Shown in pieces: positions 1 to 14,400 of a stretch of DNA of 64,000 bases. A program made the position numbers and the translations under genes. Numbering within the stretch: the stretch's first letter is position 1; each line of letters begins with the position of its first letter. A model generated the notes under the pieces. The model worked only from the letters and a program-made list of their open reading frames with translations, was not told the DNA's origin and searched no databases. The DNA lies in NCBI RefSeq assembly GCF_964355755.1, contig NC_092671.1, positions 34,668,304 through 34,732,303 on the forward strand. The letters are read 5' to 3'. Source of the DNA: Antedon mediterranea. Lineage: Eukaryota > Animalia > Echinodermata.

Positions 1-142
1 AGTTCTAGGTCTGAAAAAGAGGAAGATTGCGGGCAACAAGTTCCCTACATCCAAAACCCTCACTGTGTTTACATATAAGAACAGACACTCGTACAGATGG
101 GAGGCTTACGTGATAAAAAGAAAATCCTATTGAAGTTCCCAG

Positions 143-314
143 TAAAGCTCTGTCAACACTATCAAATTTTATGTGACAAAAAAATGTGATGTGCCCATAT
201 ATGGACATGATGCAATATCACTACCATATTTGGAAATATCACTACCCTATTTTGGAACATCACACTTTTTTTGTCAAACTATTTTGAAAGATTTTATGGT
301 GTGGACAGAGCTTT
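143..314. mobile_element. ~160-bp Tourist/Harbinger-like MITE, copy 1 of 7
   Basis: TIR consensus AGCTCTGTCTACACTATCAAACT, usually with TAA/TTA flanks. Confidence 0.7.
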
Positions 315-740
315 GGAATAAAGCAGGAAATAGACCATAATTGTTAATAGCAGTGAAACTTCCATTACTTTTGTAATGTATAGTTTGTGTTATGGGAATC
401 AAAAATATTTTATACCATCAAGGCACAAAATCAAAATAAGCAGGACATTGGCCCAACAGCAATATTAATGTTATATATTAATATACAAATATGGATGTTT
501 TAGACTCTTCTATGGATATGAGATACAAAAATATATATATCAGATATACACCAAACATTTTTAAATTGTTTTAATAGTTTATGTTGTTTGGAGCAACAAC
601 GAAACATGTTTGCTAATTTTATTATTCCACAGTGACATTGTCCATGACATCACCACTTTGGTGTCAATCAAGGACTTACGAAAGCTGGAAAACTTGAAGA
701 TAATAATAATAATTTAGGCTTATATAGTGCATTTACAGTA

Positions 741-2032
741 CTAGATGGCACGCTCGCTTCGCTCGCGTACCATCTAGGTCGTGCCCACAGATGGTTCTCG
801 AATACACAGTATTTCCAGTGAGAAAAAAATGGAGATTTCAAATGTACGTACTGCAGGACTATAATACATTGTCGTTTACAGAAACGAATAAATATACACA
901 ATGATTTATGTAGTCAACCAAAATTAGCACCCTGGGAATTACTTCCGAGAGAGAAACAAAATGAGTCAAATTTTTTTATTTGGACTCATTTAAACAAACC
1001 CAATTTGTGTTTTGTATGTAACATTAGGCCTAAGGGTTGAGGGATGGGGGAAGAAGATAGGTACAAAGAGGAAACATTTTAAAATATATTCCTATCCACT
1101 CAGTAACGAAATATTGTTTTTAATGTTTTATAGGCCTATAAATAATATACCACTAAATACAGTAAAACATTTACGATTTAATACTTTGTTAAAACTCTCA
1201 CTGTCATAGTCGAATGAAATAGTAAAGTACATGTAACGATACACCCTACGACGTTTATATATTTTTAAATTATTAATACAAACGTTGAGAAGCAACTGTC
1301 AGTAATAACGTTTATTTATTTGTATATTATATGTTTATAATCTAACAGTAGGGCCTACCCACACTCACAGTAATACAGTTTATTTGTATATTTGTTTATA
1401 TTATATCTAACAGTACCAACACTCACAGTAAGAAATTTGCGATTCAAATTGCGATCAAAAGTGGTTAATACCTTAACAGTATTGTACAGCATTGCAATAC
1501 TATTTATGTTTATTCTCCAAGGGGGCCCATAAATCTAAATCTATACCTGTATGGTTAAACCAAATAATTTGGAATGTTCCATTCATCACAAATCAATACA
1601 TTTGTAAAAACGTATATTACGTGTATCAAAATAGCATTTTTTAAAGAAAATCGGCCTGTCTTCAACATTATGATGCTGTACTCGAACTCTTCAACCGGTT
1701 TTCAGCTATTAAAAACAATTATCGCAGGAGGAGATAGGAAAATGCGAAGTGTCCTCGTATTATTGTGTGCGGGTATTTTTCAAATTGACATCCATTAGAC
1801 AGTGTATACCACGATCGGAAAACACCCCTATTTGGGGCAAATCGTTGAACCTAAATTCGTTTTAATCGTCAATAACTAATTATCGAACTCAATTTAATTA
1901 GTAAACAGGGTTACATCAGGTGGTTAAAATCAGTACCGAAAGTACGAACCAACTTTATATACCATCGAGTGAACATTCTAGAAATAACGCACGATTTACC
2001 GAATTTTGCCCTTACGTAAATTTATATATAGA
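741..2032 (-). mobile_element. Non-autonomous canonical Helitron
   Basis: The minus strand begins A|TCTATATATA at 2032 and ends with a GC-rich hairpin (CTAGATGG...CCATCTAG) and CTAG|T at 741. A-T target site, no TSD. Confidence 0.65.
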
Positions 2033-2107
2033 TTATGCTAAAAGCCTCAATAGGCTTAACAATTCAAAATGAAATGACAGAAAATTAATAAAAAGTTAAA
2101 ATAATCG

Positions 2108-2395
2108 GTGAGTAAGTGGCCGAGTGGTTAAGACAGTGGAACCAGACGTAGCCATAACATCGGCAAGTGTTCGAGGCTCACTCGCTCCATGGTTCTGGTG
2201 GTAGAACGAGTCTTCTCGGATATAGACTATAAACCGTAGGTCATGTGAACCTAGTACATCTTTCGAGACAAGTAGGGGGGTTACCTCAGTGTACTAGTAC
2301 ATCACGGTAACTGCTTATAACTGGGCCCTCTGGGAGACCTGTCTTTGTCTCAAGAGGTTGCCCAGTATAAATAGAATATTTCAATACAATACAAC
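2108..2395 (+). mobile_element. tRNA-derived SINE (possible Deu/Nin-type core)
   Basis: A box TGGCCGAGTGGTTAAG, B box GTTCGAGGC, core GACTATAAACCGTAGGTC and an A-rich tail. Second copy at 56294. Confidence 0.75.
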
Positions 2396-2441
2396 TGAAA
2401 TTTACATAGAGTTTTAACAAAAAAACACATCAATTTCTCAC

Positions 2442-5400
2442 CATCTTCAATGCATTTGTTGTCACTGTTTAATGTATAGCCAGATATACAGGAACATGTA
2501 TATGAACCAGGTGAGTTGACGCAGTGTTGCTCACAAAATCCCCAGCTTTCACACTCATCAAAATCTGTATAAAAAACAAAAAATACAAATAATTATGAGT
2601 ACAGGATATATTTAAAGGTGAAAACAATGTCATAACCTCTTACAATATGTCTATACTGTAATATATAATCTCGTTCAACATAACCAATCCTTAGGGACAC
2701 CCTATTCAGTGGACACCTACTTTCATGTGAAATGATGGGAAATATAGACTTGATTTATACCAAATTCTATTAAGGGAACAAATAGATGGGTATTATGAAA
2801 AATGCAAATCATATAATAATACTGTAGAACATTATTATTATTATTATTATTAAGAAATGTTAAAAACAATAAAACTTTTTTTAAGCAATAAAATGACTAT
2901 AACTGACCTATACATGTGGCGTTAGTGGTGGTGTTTAAAGTGTACCCAAGTTGACAGTAGCAAAGACCGCCCTCTGGAGATGAGTGACAACCAACCTGAC
3001 AGCCGAGTATTCCACAGTTCCTCGAGTCTATAAAAAAAAATAAAATAAAATTTGACCCTTGTTCAACTGAAACATGATCTAACACTAAATGTAAATTTTG
3101 TCAGAATGATTCTGTCAATTTTCGTCAGATCAATTTTCCTCAAACTACATACACTTTTTCCTGTTCTGATAAATATAGTTACAAAAAATTGATATAAAAC
3201 TGAACGGCGCCATCTTCTGTTACATGAAACAAACAAGTGTGAATGTAGCTTTACATTCTTTAAAGCTCTATTTACACTATCAAACTTTATGTGACAAAAA
3301 CTGTGATGTGCCCATTTTATATGGACATGACGTCGTCATATCACTACCATATTTGGGCACATTACACTTTTGTTACACTTAGTGTAGACAGAGCTCTTAA
3401 GAAATAAAACAAAAAAAATAAATAATATAAAAATGATTTTTTTTTGTCCATTATAATGCTTGAATAATATAATGAGTATTTTGTGCAATAAATAACAACA
3501 ATTACCACAAGGAGATTGTTCATCTTCCCCATCACTGCAGTCTGACTGACCATCACAAAGGTCAGCCAAGTATATACATTTCAGCTCACTATGACACGCC
3601 CATTGTCCAGGAAAACATGAAAACCCTGGAATATCTGATGATAATTAAAGGACAAAGTAAAGTAAGGAATGTACAAAATGAATTTATTCTCAAATTATTG
3701 TAATCAAGGTATAGTACCTGTACATAATCGACATGTTCTTCCACTAGTATAATACAATTGATAAAATTCGAACTATAAAAATCAATGTTTTCAATGTTTT
3801 TACATTGCCATTTCATTATTTAAAACAATTCTCCACTAGAATATTTTCTTATTTTATTTTTATTTTTTATTTTATTTATATTTTTTTTTAAATTCAAATG
3901 CATCCAAAAGACATTTCCAGTAATATTACTATCCTCCAAAACGCATAAAATAATAAATTTATTTTTGGCATAGACTTATACTAGCTACTACTTTAATAAT
4001 AGCCTTCACCTGGACCTTTCTCAGTGCAATGAACCTCAAATAAAATGTTGAAACCCCTTTGGAAATCCTGCCAACACCATAATTATATCTCACCAATCAC
4101 ACTTAGCTAGCTAGTAACAAGACCAAATTTACAGTTAAGTTTGGATCAATCCTGTACAATCGGCCAAAATTTAATTGATTGGTCCTGAGCCTACCTTAGG
4201 GGTCATGTAGGTCTGTGTCCAACCAAAGGGCCAGCCCAAATCTTAAGTGTAAATTGGGTCCAAAGTTTTATATAGTAGAGCTGGGAACAAACCATATTTT
4301 TCCAACATCACTTTCCGTTGAATGAATAATTATAGATTAAGATCATAATATGTTAGAAACAGTTTAAGGAACAACTCTTCAAAACATGTGATTATGGTAA
4401 ACTTTAAAAAAGAGAGAGAATAGGCCTAAAAGAAATTGTATTCAAATTAAAATATTTTCTTAGAAGCTGTTGTTATTTGAGAAATAAATCACGAAGTACA
4501 GTAGTTTGTATACCAGAAACATGTCTCAATGCAATAAAAAATGTTATTCCTGAAAACAGAATACATTAATTTTTATTCAATGCTTTATCCATATGTACAA
4601 CTTGATGTTATTATTCACAGACATAGACAGTTGTTTGTTTATCTAGGTAACGATTCATGAAATGAATTGAACCATTGCGGTACATATTAAACTAAATTGT
4701 AAGCATAATAAAAACCTACCACAGTGTTTTTCATCTGAAGCATCAGTGCAGTCATCATATCCATCGCATAAGAAGCTATCTGGTATACACAATTTTGAAT
4801 CACACTTGAACTCTTTCCCGGTACAATTCCGAAATTCTATGACAACAGAAAACAGATATTAATTGTTCAGCTGTTTTTCTCTTCTATGGCGTAATTCTAC
4901 TGTACTGTATATTATATTCAGTAGAAATAGTTTCTCAGTTTGGATTCGAACCCATGATCTCTAGATCAACAGCCTGGTGCTCATACCTCTAGACCATCAA
5001 GCTTGTGCAGCTGATGGCTATGTTTTGAGCTCACAGAGGCAGAAGGCACTGCACAAACATCAAAATAAATTAGCTTTGGATCAGGAAGCTAAGTTAATTG
5101 ATCCAGTTATTTTGCTCTAGCTGGACGTTAAATCATCACATAGAGAACTTATTAAAATGATATTTCAAAATAAACCTGGTAAAACTAATGTTATCATTTA
5201 TTTTTTCAAAAACCTGTTCTGTAGTTATCATGAATTGATTTTATTATAATTTTACAGTACAAAAGAATTGCAATATTTTTTATATAGGATTTCACTTACG
5301 ACAATCAAATTCATCTGAATCGTCAACACAGTCATTTTGACCATCACAACGATATTCAATTCTGATACATTCACCACTAGTGCATGCAAAGCGAGTAGAG

Positions 5401-8400
5401 CCACACTCTTCTGGGCCTAAACAATAAAAAAAGTGTTTATTATATCCACCATTGCATTGGATCACATTGACCACCTGTGTGCATCATATTTTGTGTAGTA
5501 ATGAGGACATGATATTGATGACCAAAGGAAAATTGTTAAGCACCTGGAACCTGATGACACTAGAAAATTAGAAAATCCTCAAAACTAGTTAGCTTATCAT
5601 GAAAACTGAACAACACTGGATATAACAATTACAATTTTTGCATACATTGTATGGTTTGCATAGAATTCTCATAAAAAAAACATTTTATACATCAAAGGTC
5701 ACTACACAGCCCCAAAAGACCAGTGTGTAGCTTGCAAATTTGCAGGTCAACTATGGCCTTCAAAGCCTTGCTAAACCCAGAAGGACAGCCATGCAGCTCG
5801 CTTGTGTATACATTTATTTTTAAATAAAATGTTCAAATACAGTTTATATTTGAATTTATGTAACAGAAACAGGTACTAAAAATACATTTTTTATTGTAAC
5901 ATTTTTAATATAATAGTAGGCCTACGTATATTTGTAGGGTCAAGGTTTAGATATCAATCAGGTATTAGAGAGCTTTTACATTTAAAGAGATGCCCCTCAA
6001 TTTGCTGTATTAATGCACATGCTATTTGACATATTGGATTTACAACTAAAAATGCAAATTTAAAGTTTGTTCATAAATTCAAATTTCTAAACTCTTCTTT
6101 TTCAAAATCAACCACATATTTCAGCCAATTTTAACATAGTGTACAAAACGTTTTGTATCCAGATTTTAAATAAAGTTGCAGTCGCATATGCAAAAGAATC
6201 TGGGATGAACTGGTCAAGGATATGGGAAACATTTGGAACACATTATCCATAATAATGAAATAGGGTAGAAACACTGCTTGGGACATCCCTATTTAGGGAA
6301 AACTTTCTTGTAGTTTGTACAGCAATTAACTAGGCACAATAATGTACTGTATATATTTAACATTAAAGTATGGCAACCCCTTTATAAGGAGATACTTCAT
6401 TGCCCCATGGTTTTACTGTAAAACAATTTACACACTTACTGCAGTTCATCTCATCAGAGCCATCTTGGCAATCTGGATTAATGTCACAACGAAGAGTTCT
6501 GTTTAAACACTGTCCATCATAACATCGAAACTCATCACTCGTACATGCTAGTAAATAAAAACAAAGGCATTAAAACAATATAGTTCATCAGTATGTTCAG
6601 ACCACCTTAAAAAAAATGGTATCCTAAAAGAGATCACGTTTAATCGTAAGGATGAAACAGGAATCATACATTCCAATATTGATCTACAATTTTCTCTATG
6701 TTTCATAATTGTTTGATTTGCCTTAGTACTAGACTACATACAGTTACATCTCAGCTTTTAAAATGGTTTTATGTTGTGGTTTGTTGTGAAAATTTTAAAA
6801 TTGTGTAAAATACTGTCAAAATATGTATTAAATCTTGTTTTCGTTTTTCTACAGAAGTGATTAACTATTAAAACTATAAAATTCATATTCAAAGTCTAAT
6901 TTAATTTTCATTTTTCATATTTTTGGGTGACAATACATCTTTAACTGTACAATTTGTACCCTTTCATTGGTCTCTACTACCCTGGGTATTATACAAACAA
7001 TTGGTGGCTTTTCTTAACAAATTTAATCTACTTTTAAATAATTAGTCTTGGATAAATAGAAGACCTGAGCAACAGGTTTGTACCAAGTTACACAGAAATA
7101 ACAATGATTAAAGGAAAACATTTACCGAGACCGAGAAGTCAATGTTTACGTTCAAATAAGGAGTGCATTGAATAAAAGAGAGAACGGGTTTAAACTGCTT
7201 TAAATATAAAATAGTACAGCACATAACAAAGAACAGGAAAACATTTGGCGACACTCACTGTTTACCTTGTCATGCCTTGAATAAAAATACACCTACAGAT
7301 TTTATCTTAAATAAGATATATTATACCATTCTCGCATGCCTTGCACTTTTGAAAACTAAAATATTTTATTGGTTATCCGCAACGAAGTTGCAGGATAACC
7401 TCTTGTGATTGTACGAAATCATCATTGGTTATCCGCAACGAAGTTGCAGGATAACCTCTAGACTTGCCCCAAGTCTGTATTATCTTTTTTTTTTATTTAT
7501 TTGTTTTTATTTCGACCGCGATTTTTGTCTGAAAATACAGACTTGTGAAACACGTATAGAAATCGATTTGCAGACCGCAAACATACGATAAGAATGACGT
7601 AGTTATCATACCGTATTTGGCTATATGGGGCGGGCGGTATGTAAATATGGATTTCGAATCAACCAATGATCATTTTGTTTCAAAATGAAAGAGATCGAGT
7701 ACGTAGGCCTACCAGTGCTTAATGTACGATCGAGACTGTTGAAATATAAAATAGTAATGCCAAGTTGTTTTGTTTATTAATTGTTTAGTCCTTGGCCTAG
7801 GCCTCTTTCGTAGGTCCTACTCAACTCGCACGTATGACCTGCCAAATAAAACGCCAATGAAGTAGGCCTACATACCACCGGCACACAACAGGGCTACACC
7901 ACCACACAGAACAGGACAGGGTCTGGGTGGGAATTAAATCAAAATTATCTCCGCGTAATAAATGATCCATTCAATGTTTGATTTGCGGAGAAGCTAGCCT
8001 ATCATATATCAAGACGAGTTTTCATGTTTCAAAGATCCCATCAAATGTTTACCAGACTACTAGGCATATAAAATAATTTCTAGCCTTCAGAACTTTCATA
8101 AATGTACCCAAGTACACATTGTCTAAACGTAACATAGCGCATGCGCATCATCTTATTTGTTGAGTCTTTGAAATTCTTAAATATGAATATTTAAACGGTG
8201 TACGAGAGAGTAGCCAATCGCATGCAGCTGAAACTAGTCAACCGGATAATCGTATGCACCAAGAATTCTTGGTGTCAAACCACGTGACTTGTGCGTGTTT
8301 CCCCAGACGGAGTATCCAAAATCAAGTAGTATACGTATGAAACGCCATATGTGCCAAAATATTTATCTTTTAACTAATATTAAGACAAAACTCCGTCTGG

Positions 8401-11400
8401 AACCCAGACTAGATAACCTCTTGTGATTGTACGAAATCATCATCTTTTTCTTAATCTTCTTTCTTTCTGTATGATTTTTGTGTAACGCTTTTCTCTAAAA
8501 CTTGCAAACATAACATTTTGTTAACCATGTTAACATTTTGACATTTATGTAACGTCGTCAAGCGAAGCTTTTCATGATGTTTACAATTGCGCAACGTGAC
8601 GTACGCGCGATTTAACGATTTTCTCGTATTTAACATATGTCGAAAACCAAATAACATTTTAAAGTGAAACTTTCCAAAAGTTTAATTTATATCATGCGCT
8701 AACTTTCTGTTGAAAAAAAATTGCGTGTTTTACACAAAGTTACGCGCGCACGCGCATTTAAAATTTCAAAATGGGCAAAATTAATTTATAATCTACTTTC
8801 TACGCGTTTCATGTCGTTTTAAGCATGTCAAAAATTCCCAAGCGTGCGCACATTTTTACGTGTGCGGTGCGCACGTAGCATTGAAAACGTATTTTTTTCG
8901 CGTGATTTATGTTTTTCCAGCCTTTTCTAGTAATTTTACCAAATTTTAAAAAATTTTGACTTAAAGATACGTCATACGAGCACGTCGAATTGGACAATTT
9001 GCGCGCGTTTTTTATGAAAGGGTTAAAAAATTCGTTTAAAATATGCCTTTTTTTAAACAGTCGTAATTTCTAAACTAGACGGTCAAATTTTTGTGGATGA
9101 CATATTCTGGAAGTAGATGAGTTGTAGATATCGGATCAGGTATTAATATGGCTAACCGGACATTGTGACGTCATCGTATGGCCACGCGAATATAAAATTT
9201 AGGATTTTTGTATCTTTCGTCATAGCTCATCACATTGAATAGAGCGCATCTCCACTTATCCGTTTTCCATTTTCACCCCGATTTTGATATTGTCTAGGTC
9301 AATCAACTATCTTTCGCATGAGTTAAAAATATTTTAATTTTTTTGACGTCATCATGCTTTAAAATTTAAATCACGTATGGCATCAATTTCATCTTTACAG
9401 TAAATTTTAATCTGTTATAGCTCGTAAGAATAAAATGTGATAATCACGATTACAACTTTTTCTGGAAGCTATTGGATTGCAGATACGAAATTATGTAAAA
9501 ATGTTGCCAATCGGATGGTGTGACGTCATCATATGGCCAGTTAAATAAAAAAGGTCGTATTTTCATCTTTTGCGTCATAATTCATTACATTTAAAAGAGC
9601 GCGCATCAATATTTAACGTATTCAAATTTCTTCTACACGCTAATACGTTGTTGCTGAGATAATTTCCTTTCGGAATTGCTAACTTCGCGTTTCATTTTAA
9701 AACCGTCAACATGTTAAAAATTGCAATAAATAGCGGGTCCCGTAATTTCACCTATTCTACACTGTATGTGATATGGATACAGATTATACTGTGTATACTA
9801 TATATGAATTTAAATAATAAAATTCAGCAATAACAACAGATCAAATTCTTCAGTTCAGGTCATAATGCCAACGTGAACACTTCCTTTTGTCCTCAACCTA
9901 TCCCCTTAATGTTAATGTTGCACCACTTGCGCGGCGGATAACCAAACTCGTCAAAGTGACGAGTTACATGTCTAGTCTTCTTTCTTTCTGTATGATTTTT
10001 GTGTAACGCTTTTCTCTAAAACTTGCAAACATAACATTTTGTTAACTATGTTAACATTTTGACATTTATGTAACGTCGTCAAGCGAAGCTTTTCATGATG
10101 TTTACAATTGCGCAACGTGACGTACGCGCGATTTAACGATTTTCTGGTATTTAACATATGTCGAAAACCAAATAACATTTTAAAGTGAAACTTTGCAAAA
10201 GTTTAATTTATATCATGCGCTAACTTTCTGTTGAAAAAAAATTGCGTGTTTTACACAAAGTTACGCGCGCACGCGCATTTAAAATTTCAAAATGCGCAAA
10301 ATTAATTTATAATCAACTTTCTACGCGTTTCATGTCGTTTTAAGCATGTCAAAAATTCCCACGCGTGCGCACATTTTTACGTGTGCGGTGCGCACGTAGC
10401 ATTGAAAACGTATTTTTTCCGCGTGATTTATGTTTTTCCAGCCTTTTCTAGTAATTTTACCAAATTTTAAACAATCTTGACTTAAAGATACGTCATACGA
10501 GCACGTCGAATTGGACAATTTGCGCGCGTTTTTTATGAAAAGGTTAAATAATTCGTTTAAAATATGCCTTTTTTAAAACAGTCGTAATTTCTAAACTAGA
10601 CGGTCAACTTTTAGTGGATGACATATTCTGGAAGTAGATGAGTTGTAGATATCGGATCAGGTATTAATATGGCTAACCGGACATTGTGACGTCATCGTAT
10701 GGCCACGCGAATATAAAATTTAGGATTTTTGTATCTTTCGTCATAGCTCATCACATTGAATAGAGCGCATCTCCACTTATTCGTTTTCCATTTTCACCCC
10801 GATTTTGATATTGTCTAGGTCAATCAACTATCTTTCGCATGAGATAAAAATATTTTAATTTGTTTGACGTCATCATGCCTAAAAATTTTAATCACGTGTG
10901 GCATCAATTTCATCTTTACAGTAAATTTTAATCTGTTATAGCTCGTAAGAATAAAATGTGATAATCACGATTAAAACTTTTTCTGGAAGCTATTGGATTG
11001 CAGATACGAAATTATGTAAAAATGTTGTCAATCGGATGTTGTGACGTCATCATATGGCCAGTTAAATAAAAAAGGTCGTATTTTCATCTTTTGCGTCATA
11101 ATTCATTACATTTAAAAGAGCGCGCATCAATATTTCACGTATTCAAATTTATTCTACGCGCTAATACGTTGTTGCTGAGATAATTTCCTTTCGGAATTGC
11201 TACCTTCGCGTTTCATTTTAAAACCGTCAACATGTTAAAAATTGCAATAAATAGCGGGTCCCGTAATTTCACCTATTCTACACTGTATGTTACTGTATGT
11301 GATATGGATACAGATTATACTGTGTATACTATATATGAATTTAAATAATAAAATTCAGCAATAACAACATATCATATTCTTCAGTTCAGGTCATAATGCC

Positions 11401-14400
11401 AACGTGAACACTTCCTTTTGTCCTCAACCTATCCCCTTAATGTTAATGTTGCACCACTTGCGCGGCGGATAACCAAACTCGTCAAAGTGACGAGTTACAT
11501 GTCTAGTTTTTTTAAATATTTTATTCAATCGAAACCAACAGCGATAATTAACGCCACTAACAGGTTTTGATACAAACAAAGCCAGGACTGTTTAAAGCAC
11601 CTTGATTGGTCCTAACATTGATCAAGGGCTTCTCCCATCCAAGCTCTAACCAGGCTTAACTTCGGTGATCTGACGAGAACCGGTGTTTCAACGTGGTAAA
11701 GCCGTATTTTCAATGATACATAGAGAATTGAAACTACTGTGTTGGAGGTACAGTACATGATACAGTGCCTTTTCTACACGTCACCTTGCATTACTGTAAC
11801 TGGTCAGTTGCCAGGAATCAATGATTTTAAATTGATTTGGTGATTCAAAATCATTGACTTTTAGTATCTTGAGGTTAAGTTTCGAAATTCAAGTATGCAA
11901 TTTATATATTTATATACAAGAAATTCTATACATCTGAACCGGCCCTTAGTATTTTTCTGCCAAGAACACCTTGGTTAAATAGTGTGTAAATACATTCAAG
12001 GCAATAAGGCAAATTCCCAATATACAGTATTAGGTTCAAGAGCATTGAACTTGAAAAAAGAGAATGCTAAATTCAGGTCCAGGATTTGAATTTTTGATGA
12101 GGAACTATTGTAAGCTATTGTGATATAACCAACAAATTATAGTTTTAAAAGTTTAGTCGCTTCTTTAGACACCCAGCATTTGACGACCAATCATTTTTAA
12201 ATGATCTTATCAATATTTTTCAATGAATGCAAACATTTTATTTAAACTATTGTAAAAGTTTAAAACATCTGCAGATCTAAAATTTGATGAGAAAGAAGAC
12301 TTGAACCTAAACATTTTTAATGGCCTATTATGTACAAATTTAAACATTGGTTCTCACACACGGATGTAACCACGCCACCAGTAATTTGACCAACCACAAT
12401 GCGATATATCCGAAAAATGTCGCTTGTGATTGGTAATCACTTGCATTGCATCACGTTGATAACCATGGCTTTAAAAGACATTTAGATAACTACAACAAGT
12501 CTACAAATATTATGTTCATGATTTCTGAATATTATAAACATGTTAGGGCGCGTTTATACAACACGCTATTACACGCATATTCTACACGCCTACGAGAAGT
12601 GTGTTGTATAACAACAAAGAGATTCCGTGTAATGAGATTTTAATTGCAAAAAAGGCTACTTGGCTGAATCCTAAAATTTGGTGGATTCCCGGTCGCCGTT
12701 ACCGTGTTGGAAGTGTCCTCATGGTATATTTTGACCTCTCGTTAAAACAGGTCGTAATATCAATCATGTCATGCGACGTTGCTAACAAGATTGGGCCCAT
12801 TTATTGCTGCTTCGCTGCCAGCAATCATCCTACCACGTCTTAAGCGTGGTTCCCACGCACTAGCGACGCAACACAAGGACGTAACGCAACGCAAGTGAAT
12901 TGACCACCAATCACAATCGATGCTTTATTCGCTTGTGATTGCTAACTGTCTATAACTTCGCTTGTCATTGGTTAAAACGCTTGCGTTGCGTGTACGTCCT
13001 TGCGTTACGTTCTAGTGGGAACCAAGCTTTACGCCTAGCTAGCCTAGTGGGGCCAACTCGTAGTGGTAGTAGGCCTCTATCGTTTCCCACTCCAAACAGA
13101 ATAAAAAATAACATCGCAAAAATGGCATCTTCTTCCATAGTGTATAGATGAAACAATGAAACCCTTAAAATAACTTTTATTAATTTAAATGAACCGAGAA
13201 CAAAATAAACAACAATGCAAACGTGAACAAATACAATAATGAAAATGGTAAAAACCGCGCGAATACATCGGACAGCGCGGAGGCGACGATGATTGTTGAC
13301 AACCCAGCCAATTCAAGCGATCAACGATTTGACCTTTTATCCTAGCATGCACTGCGTGTTGATGAAACTTCCGGTATAACACGGTATCGTGATTTCTAGT
13401 ATAACAGCAAACGTTAAGGTGGGTTGACCTCGGTCCGAACAACACGCTAAAAATTAAAGCCGTGTTCAAATTTAGGGTGTTGTATAAACACGACCTTAGT
13501 GTATGTTCAAATCCATGTACTAGGTATGCTTTCGTATCACAAGCAATGTCATATTATAATTAGCGTCGTAATATCATAATAAAGTGTTCAGATTTTCTTA
13601 ACTAACGCTTTCATTTGAAATTGAAGTTCCACCGATTTGGGGTGAAAATCTGGTATGCAGGAGTAAATTTGATTGGTTAGAGGGAAAAATCGTTGATGCA
13701 TGAATTTCGTACCCTAAGCCTTGTTAACTAATCTTGTACCTTGAGCTGTCGTAACGACAGAAGATCAGTGTCATAAGAGGTGGCTTCCACTAATCTTTTC
13801 CTGGTTCAGACATATGGAGATGTATGCCTCGTACGATATGAAAGCATAAGTCCGTATGTCTGAACAGGCCCTTAATAATACAGTAAAGCCATAAAACCTT
13901 TTAAATTAAATAAGAAGTATTTAATTTCAGATTCCAATTTCCACCTTTGCATCTCCAGGCTATTTCTACTGACAGATGTTTACTTGCTCTATTTCAAGAT
14001 GGAGGTGAAAACACTATTCAATACTCTCACCATAAATTGACCTTCATGGCCATTAAATTTACAAATGGTGATCATCTTTTATATTTATTCCTTCTTTTTG
14101 GAGGTCAACTTGCTGAATTTGAAGGTTTTGATGAATTTAACACATTCCTTATGATTTATGGGGATTTATCATCCTAACAAATGTTCAATACTCTATCATG
14201 CAGAAATTGCAGTAAAATATTGCAGCAGGGATTGCAAAATAGCATGACTGCATTTCCTGTCTTGACCCCTTCAAACTGAAGTCCATTGGGGTTATTTTAC
14301 AAATAGGGAGGTTTCGCAACCTTACGAATACGATAACGAAAACGGATACGTCATACATTTGTGAAACTTTTGAGCTGATCCCCATTTCATATTCGTAAAG

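Noticed and set aside
1-700. Further LRP exons (donor-like sites near 108 and 678, acceptor near 45)
   Set aside because: I could not assemble a phase-consistent exon with recognisable YWTD-propeller sequence; left unresolved.
2108-2190. tRNA gene
   Set aside because: A and B boxes are present, but there is no proper cloverleaf and the sequence continues into a SINE body shared with 56294.
8451-10518. Duplicated short ORFs (68 and 62 aa)
   Set aside because: They only reflect the 1521-bp tandem repeat and contain no recognisable protein motifs.
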